Shown here: positions 27,776 through 43,800 of the stretch, piece by piece | Layout: each line of letters begins with the position of its first letter | Position numbering within the stretch: the stretch's first letter is position 1 | The notes under the pieces: model-generated | Database searches by the model: none | The model's input: only the letters and a program-made list of their open reading frames with translations | Told to the model about the DNA's origin: nothing | Position numbers and translations under genes: made by a program | DNA from: Eledone cirrhosa | Taxonomy: Eukaryota | Assembly: GCA_964016885.1 (NCBI GenBank) | Contig: OZ024741.1 | Location: 381,238,001-381,302,000 of the forward strand | DNA: 64,000 bases | Direction of reading: 5' to 3'

Positions 27776-29193
27776 AATACACGGACGATTTGTTAAGCGT
27801 TTATTGATTGGTGACTCATGTTTCACCATTGATCAGCTCCAGATTCGATCTCTATCGATCTGCCCCAACTCTGGAATAAAAATTTCGTCGGACCTCTGCT
27901 GTTGTAATGACAGAAATCTACACTCCCTTGAAAAAAAATAAAAAAATTATATATGTGTGTGTATGTGTGCGTGTGTGTGTGTGTGTGTATGTGTATGTGT
28001 GGGTGGCTGTGTGTGTGTGAGTAGGTGTGTGTGCATAGTATAAATAAAGTTCCATATAATTAACATGTGTGTATGTGTTACTAATGGTTTCGTAGTCCAG
28101 TCATTGCCACTACTTTATAATGGAGGAGACACTTTTAAACTGGCACTTCTTTGAGACACGTGGACAAGAATATGAAAAATGTAAGCTGTTGTCCCTAGGG
28201 TACATGTTCCTCCTAAATATCTATATGTATATTTGAATCAGGGGAGGTAATTCTGGGCTGAAATCTGTATACGAATTTACTCATTTCTATTCTGTCCAGT
28301 GGATAAAGGGTTGAAGGGAAGCAGCTTAAGGGTTTACTAGATATTTGGTAGACAGCTAATAAGTTGTATGTAAATGGATATGCGTATACATAGCATACGG
28401 ACACAGATGAGGAATAATTAAGATTAAAAAATATAATAGACGTGGATTTACGTACACACGGCTGCTCGCACAGTTATAACTAACTGTATGGATAACAAAG
28501 TGTGTATACAGGCAGACATAAATACACAAGCAGAATGCATGCACATACACATATATACACAGGCTTATATGTATATACATATATGTACGTTCGCAAAAAA
28601 ACCACATTCACTCAAATTTAGGATCTTACAGGATCTATACTCACAGAATGTTTGCTTAAACTCAAAGACAGAAATATTCAGGTCATGCTTACATCAATTG
28701 ACCAAATTGTTTATTTAACTTGAAGCCCGCACAACAAGACACGATCTCATCGGAATTCATGACACCCCATGACACTACCTATATCTAGTACCCTTCAACG
28801 AGTACAGATTGGCGAATTGGTGAAATACACACCGAAATTACAACACCACACTGCAACCAACGATCACATAGACATGCAACCTCTTATGTCTCCGATATTA
28901 AAATTGGTGAAACCCCAATAGAGATAGATTTTGAATGAATATGCATGTTTTTGTAGAAATGTGGTGGTACCCACACCTCGGATTATAACGATTTTAACTT
29001 TTTTCTTGCTTTCTTTCTGATGAAGCACACTCACAGACCCGTAATACACACGAATGAACATTGTATAATGTTTGCGGATGTAGTGGGTTACGTAATTTTA
29101 CAGAAACATGTTAAAGATTGAACACAATAAATGTTTCTTTCTGTCCAATTAATTTCTTCTAGTTGTCCCGTTATTCTTGGTACCATATTTATA

Positions 29194-29306
<113 letters not shown>

Positions 29307-30959
29307 CTATGTGGACAAAGACCAAGAAACACATACAGTCACACATGAATTAGAATTCATCTATTCATATATTTTCTTTTCCTTTATTTCTTTTCTTTGC
29401 TCATAGTGATTTTTCTATTTGAGTTTTCTTTGTTTCTTATTATTCGTAGAACTTTTATTGAAATAAAACTATATTGAATACTAAATATGCAAATATTGTT
29501 ATTCTATCACATAGAGAGAATATTAAACGCAGCGGGCATTTAACCTATTAAGTAAATATTCAATCTCTATTTATTTGACAATTTATTAATTACACGACAA
29601 TTTCCCTTAAAAGCGCTAACATTTTTGTTTAATAATTATAGTGTCCGAGGAAACCTATAATGGATAAATGATGATCATTTGCAAATAGTAATACGCATTT
29701 TTTAAATAGCAAAATTCAGTCTGACCCGTCGCCTTGGCTTGATAGGGGTGGAACAATGCATAGCGCGGTTCCCCCGATACTTTCCAATGGTACACTCTTA
29801 GTATTAGAAATGTTACATTGATAGGCTTATTCAGAAATTCTGCCTTAGAGTTATTTAAAATAAGACTGCCCATTGAGAAGGTTCTGAAACACGCATGAAA
29901 TCCTTAATGTCACAAGGAGAAGGAAAGAATGTTTATCGGCTTTCTCCTCTCACCATTCCTTTTTTCTTATGAGTTTATAATTATTTATCCTATATTATAC
30001 TACTCGCAATGTATTTATAGAATAACACTAAAAAAGCATTTCTTCAATCTCTATCAAAGAGAGCAGTCCAAACTGTCAGATTCCTCTTCTTCCTAGCATC
30101 ACATTTATTCTAATATTAGAATTCTTTTCTTGATGTTTTTCATTGAAATTTCTTTTGACTTTGCAGGGTATTGTATCTACTTTCCCTAATAAAACCTTAC
30201 CTGTATTATTACTTTACTTGTTGTCTCAGTGTTTCTTGTTTCAGGTTATATTCTATAGCATGGTGACGAAATTGTAATATATCACTTACAAGTAGCCAGT
30301 GCACATCAGAATGATTGCCAAACTTAATTCTAATTCTTTAGAATTTGGTTTCCCCAAACACATCATTGGATGGCTTATCTTATGATTTTTTTTGTGTCCA
30401 AACTTACTTATCAACTCGTGTCTAATGAAATTCCATCCAAAGTTATTACGATGACGAAACCCTGTAATTGCTTGAACTTTAGAAACTAAACTGTAGATTG
30501 AAAGAATAGAAAATATAAATTCCGATGACGATTGTGTAGTTTACTTGTTTATTACTGACATTACTGCTTGAAGTGTATAATTCATATTGGTATTAGTTAC
30601 GAAAAAAAATTGAAGATTGTGGGGAATACTGATATTGATCCGAGCCACATAAGAGTGTAGAGTGAATATATAGATCAAGGGAAAATATACAATGGATTGA
30701 CAATTAAAATAACTATTTCGGCCGCCGCCCTCACGCACGCTCTACTGAATACCCCAGATATTCAAAACAACGAACAGCGGAGGACACGTTTCGCACCTTT
30801 CCGAAAGACAAACCCCCTCCCCCGGAAACAAACTCAGTCGATGGATGTGAATCCGAAATATATAGGGACAATTAAATCTCTCACGAGGTAACTCTATCTC
30901 GTGTTATTATTTTTATTTTTTACGCTCTTTCCTACGTTCTTCTACACACTATACATCTC

Positions 30960-31055
30960 AATCTACATTCACTTACATCTCTCTCTCCACCACCGGATCT
31001 TGTTACTCGGAGAATTACCCATCTGCATTGTTGAGGCTTCCCAAAACGACCTAAA

Positions 31056-31104
<49 letters not shown>

Positions 31105-31200
31105 TTTAGGTCGTTTTGGGAAGCCTCAACAATGCAGATGGGTAATTCTCCGAGTAACAAGATCCGGTGGCGGAGAGAGAGATGTAAGTGAATGTAGATT
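30960..31200. repeat. palindrome (about 96-bp arms, 1 mismatch) centred on An(TA)n
   Basis: aatctacattcac...cgacctaaa / tttaggtcg...gaatgtagatt. Confidence 0.92.
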
Positions 31201-33929
31201 AAGGATATTTAAATAAATCTAAGGTAAAAGACTAATTGTCAAAAATATCTTTTGCATTTGCTTTTTTTATTCTATATCCATACTTGCATTGTTTTGGCTT
31301 TACAAATTAAAACGTTTATACCTCATTACACAATGCTTCAAGTGAACTATAACTTCCTCCTTTCCTTACGCCTGAGCCAGGCCCAGTTCACAACTGTAAA
31401 GAAACTCTTCCAGCTATCTGAAAAGCGCGCCAAAGCCGGCTGGCAAATAAACTTCCTAAAACGAAGCCTGAATAACAACATCATCCCCAAAACTATCAAA
31501 AACCTGCACCTACCAACACGCTTCAAATCACCAGGCCTCAAACGATCACGTAGCTACATACAAAAATTCTGCCTAAGAAAACTCATACAACACCTACACC
31601 GCACGCTACAACAACACATACGGACTATTTCCAGCCTTGTACCACAACTCGCTGAAACCCCAGAACCTCTGTCCAGAGTTATCTCCTTTGCTATAGACAG
31701 GTCATACCACCATCGCCGAGACTACGAGAAAATACGCCTAACGCAAACATTTCTCAAACTCAGCACGGCTAACCGTCTTAACAACATCCCAACTCTAAGC
31801 ACCAACAGAGGCGAACAAGACGGTACCACACCGAAACTAGCGGCGCCGCGACCAACAACACACCTGACGCAAAACACCTCGTCACAGACTTTACAGGATC
31901 CCTCTCCCGAGAGGAATTAGACCTCCTCAGCCTGGGTCCCAAGTTCATATTGAAACAGAGATTGGACGACAAAGTATGGCTCGACATAGAAACGAATTTC
32001 TGTCGGGCTGCCTACCAACTAAAATGGATATCGACTCTCGGCAACAACACCTCGGAATCTTAGAAACCCAGATTCCCGATATACCAACTGGATCGCCCAC
32101 TCTGTCCACCGCCTGCCAACCGTGAGCTTGAAAAAAAACTCTCTTGGCTAAAACATTCCGTATTTAACATCTTACGGAAACAGAAGAAGATAGACCCAAA
32201 CCTCTCCAGGACACAACAACTCGCCTTGAAGAACCTACGGAATAAGGAACTTATATACTTACCATCCGACAAAGGTAAAGAGTTTTCCGTCATCTCTCAA
32301 GCTACATACAACAAACTAGCCTCTGAACACCTAAGCGACAATGAACTATATACAGAGATCCCGGACATTACAGCAGCCCAGATCGAAAAACAGACCAACT
32401 GCATCTGGTTTGACATCTGTAGGAGAAGACGACTCCCAAATAAAGTTAAGCTCAACTACACCACTAGAAATAGCGGGACTTGCCACTTTCTACCACCTCA
32501 TCAAGACTCACAAGAATAGTGCTAAGACACAAATAAGATCCATCGTCTCTAGCATAGAAGGACCCCTATACAAAATCTCCTGGCTCCTCTCCCAGTTCCT
32601 CAAGCCTCTACTCTCCACCTTTCCCGGGCATGTCAGTAGCTCCGACGAAGTCATACGTAGATTTTACCAACTCCAGCCGGAACAACGTAACCTAGATAGA
32701 TACGCCTATAGCCTCGACGTTGACTCCCTCTACACTACAGTCCCCGCTCATCCAGCTGTCGATTTATTAACGGACTGCGTCGTCGCAGAGGACATCCACT
32801 GCTACGGCCTCCATCCGACGGACATACACCAGCTTTTGTGTTTCACAGTGGACAACACCTACTTCACCTTCCACCACCACACATACAGATATACAACAGG
32901 ATTACCCAATGGATCCAGCCTATAGTGCCTGCTGGCTATCACCTATATAAACCAGCTAGAATGCCGAGCCCTCAACACCTGCCATTCCCATACCTTCTTC
33001 ACCCGATATGTAGATGACATACTCATCCTTACATCATCCCGTGAGGAGGCGGATAAAATATACACAACATTCTCCAGCATGGATGCCAGTATAAACTTCA
33101 GCATGGAACACCCCGATGACCGCGGATCCCTATCCCTACTGGACTTCCAACTCAGGGTAACAGAGGAAGGCAACATCCACACCTGCTTCTATAAAAAAGC
33201 CGCCAGTAGGAACCTGTCCGTACATTTCAGATCGGCCCTCCCAGCCGGCGCCTAGTTCGGATACATAAGGAACGAACTAACATGTATCCGGAACAAATGC
33301 ACCGACGCTAGAGACCGAGACACACACACCACACATTTCCTAGAAGTACTCAAACTGAACGGATACACGGCATCCACAACAAACCGTGCCAGAAAGAACA
33401 GAGGACCCCATACCCGAGGCACTAACACTTTCTTCCTGAAGCTCCCACACTTCAGTGGCGAAACAACAACACACATCCGCAGAGCTATCATACGAGAGGG
33501 ACTAGATATCCAACTGGCCTACTCAGGACCTTCTCTACGCGGACAGAAGGTACTCCACCAGACATGACAACCGCTGGCTAGCCACACACACACACATACT
33601 TACACATTCACGCATTCTACCACACACTTAAACAGACATGTCCAAAACCCCTTTTAAAGGGAGACTACTCTTTATCCACCTAACCTTAAATCTTTGACAT
33701 TAGAGATAGAACAGATACTCTATATCATTTCCTGTCAGCATGACTTGGCAAGCTATTTAGAACACTGGTTAAACCGCTTTACTTCCCTCCGAAGAAGAGA
33801 TATTATCTCGAAAATTAAGGACATTTAAATAAATCTAAGGTAAAAGACTAATTGTCAACAATATCTTTTGCATTTGCATTTTTTATACTATGTCCATACT
33901 TGCATTGTTTTGGCTTTACAAATTCAAAC

Positions 33930-33930
<1 letters not shown>
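31201..33930 (+). mobile_element. Penelope-like element with direct terminal repeats (pLTR); RT pseudogene, no recognisable GIY-YIG
   Basis: repeat 31201-31315 matches 33817-33930; FLKRSLNNNIIPK, YLPSDKG, SLDVDSLYTTV, GLPNGSS, RYVDD; ends in (TA)n. Confidence 0.88.
33786..33820 (+). ncRNA. minimal hammerhead-like motif at the pLTR boundary
   Basis: cct-CCGAAGA-a-gagata tt atctc-GAAA-at-TA-agg; predicted cut coincides with the start of the terminal repeat. Confidence 0.6.
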
Positions 33931-34872
<942 letters not shown>

Positions 34873-35989
34873 GAGAGATTGATAGAGAGAGAGAAGGAGA
34901 GAGAGAGAGATGTGTGTAATCACGTTTTACCATAGAAACATAATGCAGAGATGAATTTACGGTACAGAAACAATGTGTCATCAAATCGGTCAATATTTTA
35001 TACAACATGCTATCATAATTCCCTGAAATATTATACCAGTTATATACAAGCCATGTTTCCGTCGTTCATCTATTTCTTAAATGAATTAAAGCGTGATGTA
35101 CACAATTACATGCGCAAATTATTTTATGCTAATTACTATTTATTGCTTGGAGAACGAACTGGAAATCATAGTAGTATATATATTTAGCGACTCTGAAAAA
35201 GAAAAAGGTATTTTCAAGACATTTAGAATTAATTTCCCCAAATTGACAGTCATGAAATATTTTCCTTAACGTCCTTTTTTTCTTTAATTATTTGCTACGC
35301 ATGTTCACATTTGTTCAGAGACTTTCCATACTGGAAAGTAGCGAGAATCTGCAAAGTAGGATTGTGCTAATGATGCAAAGCGTTTTCAACATTCTTTTGT
35401 TTATATCTTCCATGTACTCTTCTTCTGTATTATGTTGTAACAATTTAAACGTCAATTATTCAAACGGATCACAAAATGCTTTCTTTATTGTCGAAGACAG
35501 CATTTCATTTTACAGCAATTTTCCTAACCAATCTGTCATCCCCAACTAATTCCACTTCAATTTCCTTCAAGATGGAAAACACTTTCCGCAGTAATTTCTA
35601 AAATCCTTGTCGAAGTCAGCCTATCTTTAATAGGTTTTATGCAGTATCGTACACATTTTCTTTTTCCTTTTTCTTTTTCTTTTTCTTTTTCTTTTTCTTT
35701 TTCTTTTTCTTTTTGCGATGCTATAGTTTTCCGAATAATTTGGATTGAAATACTTCTCTACAAGAATAATTATTAAACACTTATCTACAGGAATCGATAT
35801 TTTACCGCTTTTACAAATATAAAAAATTATAGTATGAGAAAATTAACATCGTATTTTTTTATGTTGTACTAATTTTTGTATTATGTATCTCATAATTTCA
35901 CAGGTTTCAAAGCGACGGTACACACACATATATGCACACTCACATAAACAAAGTTTGTCACGATCTTGCGCTCTTGTAGTGCAAGTATT

Positions 35990-36330
35990 TGAAGGTGCGT
36001 GGATATGTGTGTATTAGGTTGTTCGGTTCAAGACCGAAAGGTTGTACATTTGATTTCCTTTGGTGCCTTGTGTATTTGAACCAGAATATTTATTTCATGT
36101 TCTTCTTGTCCATGCAGCAGGAAAAATGAGTTGAATCTATAATTTAATGGAAACGTCTTGTCACACACACTGTTTTATTCTGAATCTCCCTGAGAACCTC
36201 ATTAAGATGCATGTAGTCGTTATATGATTCTTAGTTTTAGCAGGTTAATTTCATGAGCAAGCTGCTTTATTGTTCGAACAATTGGAGCACTACTCATCGG
36301 AATTAATACTAGTCCAACTTCAGAATGCAA
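35990..36330 (+). mobile_element. old SINE-like remnant
   Basis: degenerate tRNA-like head (ggttgttcggttcaagaccgaaaggttg) followed by a SINE-like core. Confidence 0.3.
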
Positions 36331-37024
36331 AAATAGTATAGGGTGCCATTAATGTGATAAATGAGTCTAAATTTCTATGAGTAGGATAACAGTATTCAAA
36401 ATGTTATTAAATAATTAAGGAACCAGTACCAATTATAGTCTGTATATAAGTACATTGATTACTGGCTACCCTTCGAAGAACATGTGCTCATAGAAGAAAA
36501 TTAATGTTTAAATTTTATTTTAAGCATGTTGTTAAAAACTTTCATGCGTAATAATTCTTGTCCAATATATTAGTAGCATAGTTCCATCTTCGACAATATA
36601 GCTGTTAATGTTAACCTATGAGTCTCAATGACATCTTTTTTCTGGGGGCAGGGGAACTACCGGAATGCTCTAGGCGTATTAGCATACACTATTTCATCTT
36701 AAAAAATAATCCTTTGCATTATTTATTTGAAGGCGTAATACCACTGGGTGTCCTGCCGGTTAGTTTTGACCGTACAATCTGTACAGCGATTCTTTCCTGA
36801 GAAATTCTAACAACAAGTCCATAGTATCGACATGTGTGTATGTTTAAGTAATAATAATGGAATATTCCTGGTGGTATACAGGTATCCTCTGTATTGTATA
36901 AATAATTGATAAGTAGTTATAACTGACTGAGGAGTTGTTTGTATATACATGTAAGATTATCATCTTATACGAACAATTAGATTTTTAAAATTGAATTAAT
37001 TTGAAAAAGCCTGGTTCTCATCAC

Positions 37025-37078
<54 letters not shown>

Positions 37079-37336
37079 GATATATGAGATGGATGAACAC
37101 AGATAAAAGTATACATGTGTTCCAATTGCAAATGACCAAGTTAGCTAGGTTGAAAAAATACTAATTTAAAACAATATGGTTTGCCTGACTCGATTTAAAG
37201 TAATAAATCAATAAAAATAAGAAACCTATATCGGGTAATAGCCTTTGATACCCGGACAGACCAAAATCTATTCCGCAAGAATTATTAAGTGAAAGCCAGA
37301 ATTCCTGTGCTCATCTGCGGGTTTCCAGGAAAGACA

Positions 37337-37658
<322 letters not shown>

Positions 37659-37720
37659 GGTCATGAGCAACCTATTGTTTTAACCTTATATCTAAGATTC
37701 CATTATTATTCAGTGTTCAA

Positions 37721-37935
37721 GGGCGGTGGATTGGCAGTATCGATAGAGAGTCGGACGCCATGCTTTGCAGCAAAGAGTTACGGCCCTTTATGATCTGAGT
37801 TCAAATCCAGCCGAGGATAACTTTGCCTTTCATCCTCACGGAGTCGGTAAAGTAAAGCACCAGTCACGCACTGGGGCCCATTTAATCGACTTTCCCCTCT
37901 CCCCCAAATCACTGGCCTTGTGCCTATATAAGAAA
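37721..37935 (+). mobile_element. full-length cephalopod-type tRNA SINE with target-site duplication
   Basis: A-box tggcagtatcg, B-box gagttcaaatcc; flanked by ccattattattcagtgttc at 37700-37718 and 37936-37954. Confidence 0.85.
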
Positions 37936-38066
37936 CCATTATTATTCAGTGTTCCTTTAATATGTTAATGTTTAAAAGTAAACATCGGAGATGGTCTTAA
38001 ATTGCCTCCTCACATAAACTGTTATATATATTGTTCTATGCACAAACAGAGTTATGTATAGACCAC

Positions 38067-38128
<62 letters not shown>

Positions 38129-38303
38129 GGAATGGCACCCCAATTTGCTGCCTTTGTCACTCTAAATATAAATTATAGCTTTAAAGAATTACCTTTTAAT
38201 GAATTCCCTTTTCATTCAACCAATGACCTCCACCCATCCCACTCCCCACCCTCTCCTACCACCTGAAAAGATATAAATACCACAATATTTATTTTGGACA
38301 ACC

Positions 38304-38354
38304 AGATTCCTGATGATTTCTAAAGAATGAAGCAGTTCTGGTCCTGCAGAATCT
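38304..38354 (+). ncRNA. degenerate hammerhead in a PLE-like 3'UTR fragment
   Basis: agattc-CTGATGA-tttct aa agaat-GAAG-cag..ctg-CA-gaatct; region 38120-38440 lies between (TA)n tracts. Confidence 0.55.
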
Positions 38355-38436
38355 TTATATTAAAACTTTTATACTCTGCTATGTATTGAGTACCTTACTT
38401 ACTGTGTTTACCTCCGATTCAACCCGGAATAACTTA

Positions 38437-38507
<71 letters not shown>

Positions 38508-38509
38508 TT

Positions 38510-39392
38510 ATACCTTTTTATCATCGTAGTGGACTATTGTATGCGCCTTGCACTGGAGAAACACCAGGACTCTGGCTTATTGTAGCACCGGCTCAGAGCA
38601 GAAGAGTTGGGGCGAAAAAGGTATCGGATGCTGAATTTGCCGACGACATAGTTTTGGTGACAAATACAGTGAAGGAAGCAGAGGATTTGATGCGGGAGGT
38701 TGAGACTGTGTCGATGAGTGTGGGGCTGAGAATGAATGAGACTAAAACAAAATATCTGGTAGAGAATGTTGAGAAGCCAGAGGGGATCACTAATGTAGGC
38801 GGGAAGCCGCTGGAATTGGTTGAGGACTTCCTGTATTTGGGAGCAAAGATTGGGAATACGGAAGATGATGTGGTTGAGAGGAAGAGCAAGGCCTGGGCGG
38901 CGTGTCACAGCTTGGGATCGGTGTGGAAGTCGGACCTTCGTAGAGACCTGAAAATCCGCCTCTTCATTGCTGTAGTGGAGTCTGTGCTGCTGTGTGGGTC
39001 TGAGACTTGGACACTGACCAAGAGACTCACTCAAATGGTGGATGGGTGCTACACGAGTATGCTGAGGATGGCTCTGAACATTAATCAGTATACACTGAGG
39101 ATGAAAAACTCAGAGCTGTATGGGAGCATCCCAAAAGTCAGCTCAAAAGTGACACAGAGAAGATCGAGGTTGGCTGGACATGCTCACCGACATCCAGAGT
39201 TGACATTGCACTCAGTGCTCCTTTGGGAGCCCCTACATGGACACACTAGAAGAGGAAGACCAAGGTTAACATATGTCGATGCCCTAAGGACAGACACAGG
39301 TCTGTTGGAGATGCAGGATATGGCAGCGATAATGAGGGACAGAGACCGCTGGAGAGAGCTCGTCCATGGATCTCGGGAATTTTACCCGCCTT

Positions 39393-39394
<2 letters not shown>
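38510..39394 (+). mobile_element. 5'-truncated RTE LINE with open RT C-terminal ORF (38537-39394)
   Basis: EFADDIVL, GLRMNETKTK, FLYLG, SETWTLT, RLAGH, RGRPR; (TA)n both sides. Confidence 0.88.
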
Positions 39395-39471
<77 letters not shown>

Positions 39472-39999
39472 TATACCTATATTCCCATACAATTGAGTAA
39501 ATTATATTCTTCGACATAAAACCAATTGGTTGTTTTCAGTCATGAGATGTAAATCAACAAATGACGGTATTGCAAAATTCTCATCATCACTTCTTTAATT
39601 ATACATTGCTGAAACCATAATGTTTGCATTGATAAAGGCGCTGTGTCCATAGTCTGCATTTAAGACTGAATACTATTGTGGGAATTGAATTTATGCCAAT
39701 AATTCTTCTGTACAATGTAAATTATTTCAAAACAAATCACACCACATTTTTGAGAAAATTGGATATTTCTCTCTTTTTTAATTCTTAATTATTCCTGTTT
39801 TGCTCATTGTGTTTTTTTTTATCGATTTGAATATCAGTCAAAATACTAACACATATAATTTCCATGAACTGAATACCCGTCTATAGGAAACACATACACA
39901 CTCTTACATACATACGTACTTACATACATATATATATATATACATACATATATATATATGTGTTTTGCAAGGTTTTTGATATGAAATTGTGTGTTGAAA

Positions 40000-40760
40000 C
40001 AAATATTGTTTTATTTGGGGAGGGTCATATTGTTATAATATTGCCAGAAATAATAATAAAACACACTCACTGTTTCGTTTGGGTTGGTTTTCGCTTCTGT
40101 AACTTTTATATCTCCATAGTTAATTTATCTGGCAATCAATGTTTGTCATTGATTGAACAACGGTTTAAAAACATATATATTGTCTATCGAAGTTCTTTCA
40201 TCACACATCTGTGACATCATCAGTGGTATTATTATGTTTCCTCCAGTTGTATTGTAAAGTCTACGACATTTTATTTATTTATTCATGTATACTTGTCCCT
40301 GTCGGTGCTTGCACATACGTCTGAGTTTGTGTTTTCTGCTTGGTGTGTGTGTTCGATCTGAGTCTATGTGTGTTTATTCTTTCTTTGTTCACTAGTGTGT
40401 GTTTAGGTGTGGTTGTTATTATTGCACTTGTGTATATTTATCTATTTACTTATATTTACCTTAGGTCAGTATGTGTGTTTGAGTATGGTTTTTCTTATTC
40501 CATTCCTTTTTTTCTGTTCAACTTTGGTTCTCTTTGTTCTGTTTCAGCTGCTTCTCTGATTTGCCTACCTGCTGGGTCATTTCTATGTTTAGATATTATT
40601 TTAAATTAATGTTGTCTATATTACCATCGTGTCTTTGTCACGTTTCTGCAACTATCTTCTGTAGCGAAAACCAATCCAAACGAAACAGTGAGTGTGTCTT
40701 ATTATTATTTCTGGCAATATTATAACAATATGACCCTCCCAACTCCCCAAATATAACAAT
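40000..40760 (-). mobile_element. PLE-like terminal fragment with about 100-bp inverted termini and a hammerhead remnant
   Basis: 40003-40096 is the inverted copy of about 40663-40760; minus strand CTGATGA-tgtcac..gtgat-GAAA at 40184-40228. Confidence 0.55.
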
Positions 40761-40929
40761 ATATATATATATAAATTTCCAGCGATTATAATTTAAAGTT
40801 ACTGTAGGTTCACCAGGGTGAGCACTCGATGTTTAGGTTCCCTTCAGTGTCGATGAGCCCCCTTAACAATCCACTTCTACACATATCATCCCACCCTAAA
40901 CACCGTAACCTTTCATCCAGTATTATAAA

Positions 40930-42644
40930 CCACAGTGTTGGGCAAAAGTATGAAGTCCTGGGAAACAGAATTAACATCAACTGGAGAATCCTTGGGAAGC
41001 GTGAAGATCAAGAGAGGTATCTTCCAGGGAGATAGTCTGTCCCCTCTGTTGTTTGTCCTTGCCCTGATGCCCCTGACTAGTGTACTGCGAAAAGTGAGAG
41101 CAGGATACAGGTTGGGAAAGGGAGGGCTTACCATCAATCACCTCCTCTTCATGGACGATCTTAAGCTCTTCGGGAAGAGTGAGAAGGAGTTGGATCTGCT
41201 TGTTGACACTGTCCGTATTTTCAGCAATGATATATGTATGCAATTTGGTATTAGTAAGTGTGGAGTCCTTGTGATGAGGAGGGGTAAATTGAGCAGAAGT
41301 AACGGAATCCAGGTACCAACAGGTGAGATGATAAAGGAAATTGACTCTGAAGAAGGATACAAGTATTTGGGTGTTCTGGAGGCTGATGACATCAAGAACA
41401 AAAAAATGAAGGAATTGATAAGAACTGAATACATTCGGAGAGTATGGAGCATATTAAAGTCACATCTGAACAGTAGGAATGCCATAAGTGCAGTAAATTC
41501 CCGAGCTGTGTCTATTATTAGGTACAGTGCGGGAATTCTGAGATGGAATGTTGCTGAACAAAAAGAAATGGATAGGAAAACTAGGAAGCTATTGAATATC
41601 TACAACATATTCCACAAGAGGAGTGATGTCGATAGACTCTACTTAAGGAGATCGGAAGGTGGAAGAGGTCTTATCAGCATAGAGGACTGTGTTCAGATGG
41701 AGGAAAACAACCTACACAAATACGTCACTGATAGTAAGGAGCCAATGCTCAGAACTGTACTGAAGGAGGGGACAATAGACCAGGGGATGTCGAAGGAGGA
41801 AATAATATCAAGGAGAAAGAGCAGCCTTCAGGAAAAATCCCTTCATAGTACCTTCTTTGAGAAAACTGAATTCAGAGATCCACAGACATGGAACTGGTTG
41901 AAAAGAGGAGACCTTAAAAAGGCTACAGAAGGAATGTTAATGGCTGCGCAGGAGCAGGCCCTCAAAACGAAGTGGTTGAAACACCATATTTACAAGGAGG
42001 CGGCTAGCCCACTGTGCAGGATCTGTGGAGAGAGAGAAGAGACTGTGGCTCACATTGTATCCGAGTGTAAACACCTAGCCCAGACTCACTATAAGGGCTG
42101 GAGACATGATGTGATGGGCACCTATGCAAAGTAAACAATTTATCACATTCTGAGAAGTGGTATGAGCATAAGCCAGAGTCGGTGATAGAAAACGATCAGG
42201 TGAAGGTGCTGTGGGATTTTAGGATACAGACAGACAAGAAACTGGAACACAATAGACCTGACCTGGTGGTTGTGGACAAAGAAAAAAGATCGTGCATGAT
42301 TGTGGATGTGGCCTGTCCATTCGACACGAGAGTGCAAGAGAAGGAGAGGGAGAAAATTAACTGATACCAGGACTTAAAGTGGGAGGTAAAAAGGATTTGG
42401 AACTGCCATGAAGTCAAAGTGGTCCCGATTGTCATAGGCGCACTAGGGACTATCTCAAAAAGTTTCCAGGGATGGTTAAAGAAAACTGGCCCCTTCAGGC
42501 TTTTTGGAACGCTTCAAAAGGCATGCTTGCTGGGAACAGCAAGAACCCTCCGATACGTCCTGAATATCTGAGGCTGCAGGTAGTGGCTTGATATTCATTT
42601 CAACAAACTTTCCAGTTAACTAACATCAATGACTGAGACTCAAA

Positions 42645-42685
<41 letters not shown>
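40930..42685 (+). mobile_element. 5'-truncated R4/Dong-type LINE; ORF 40935-42134 (RT and CCHC), RLE frameshifted
   Basis: GIFQGDSLSP, FMDDLKLF, CRICGEREETVAHIVSEC, RHD, RPDLVVVD..IVDVACP; (AAT)n tail. Confidence 0.9.
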
Positions 42686-42689
42686 GGTT

Positions 42690-43800
<1,111 letters not shown>

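Noticed and set aside
37721-37815. Possible tRNA gene
   Set aside because: A/B boxes belong to a SINE head; no complete cloverleaf.
40800-40930. Possible inverted 5' segment of the R4 element
   Set aside because: No homologous sequence in the window to confirm it.
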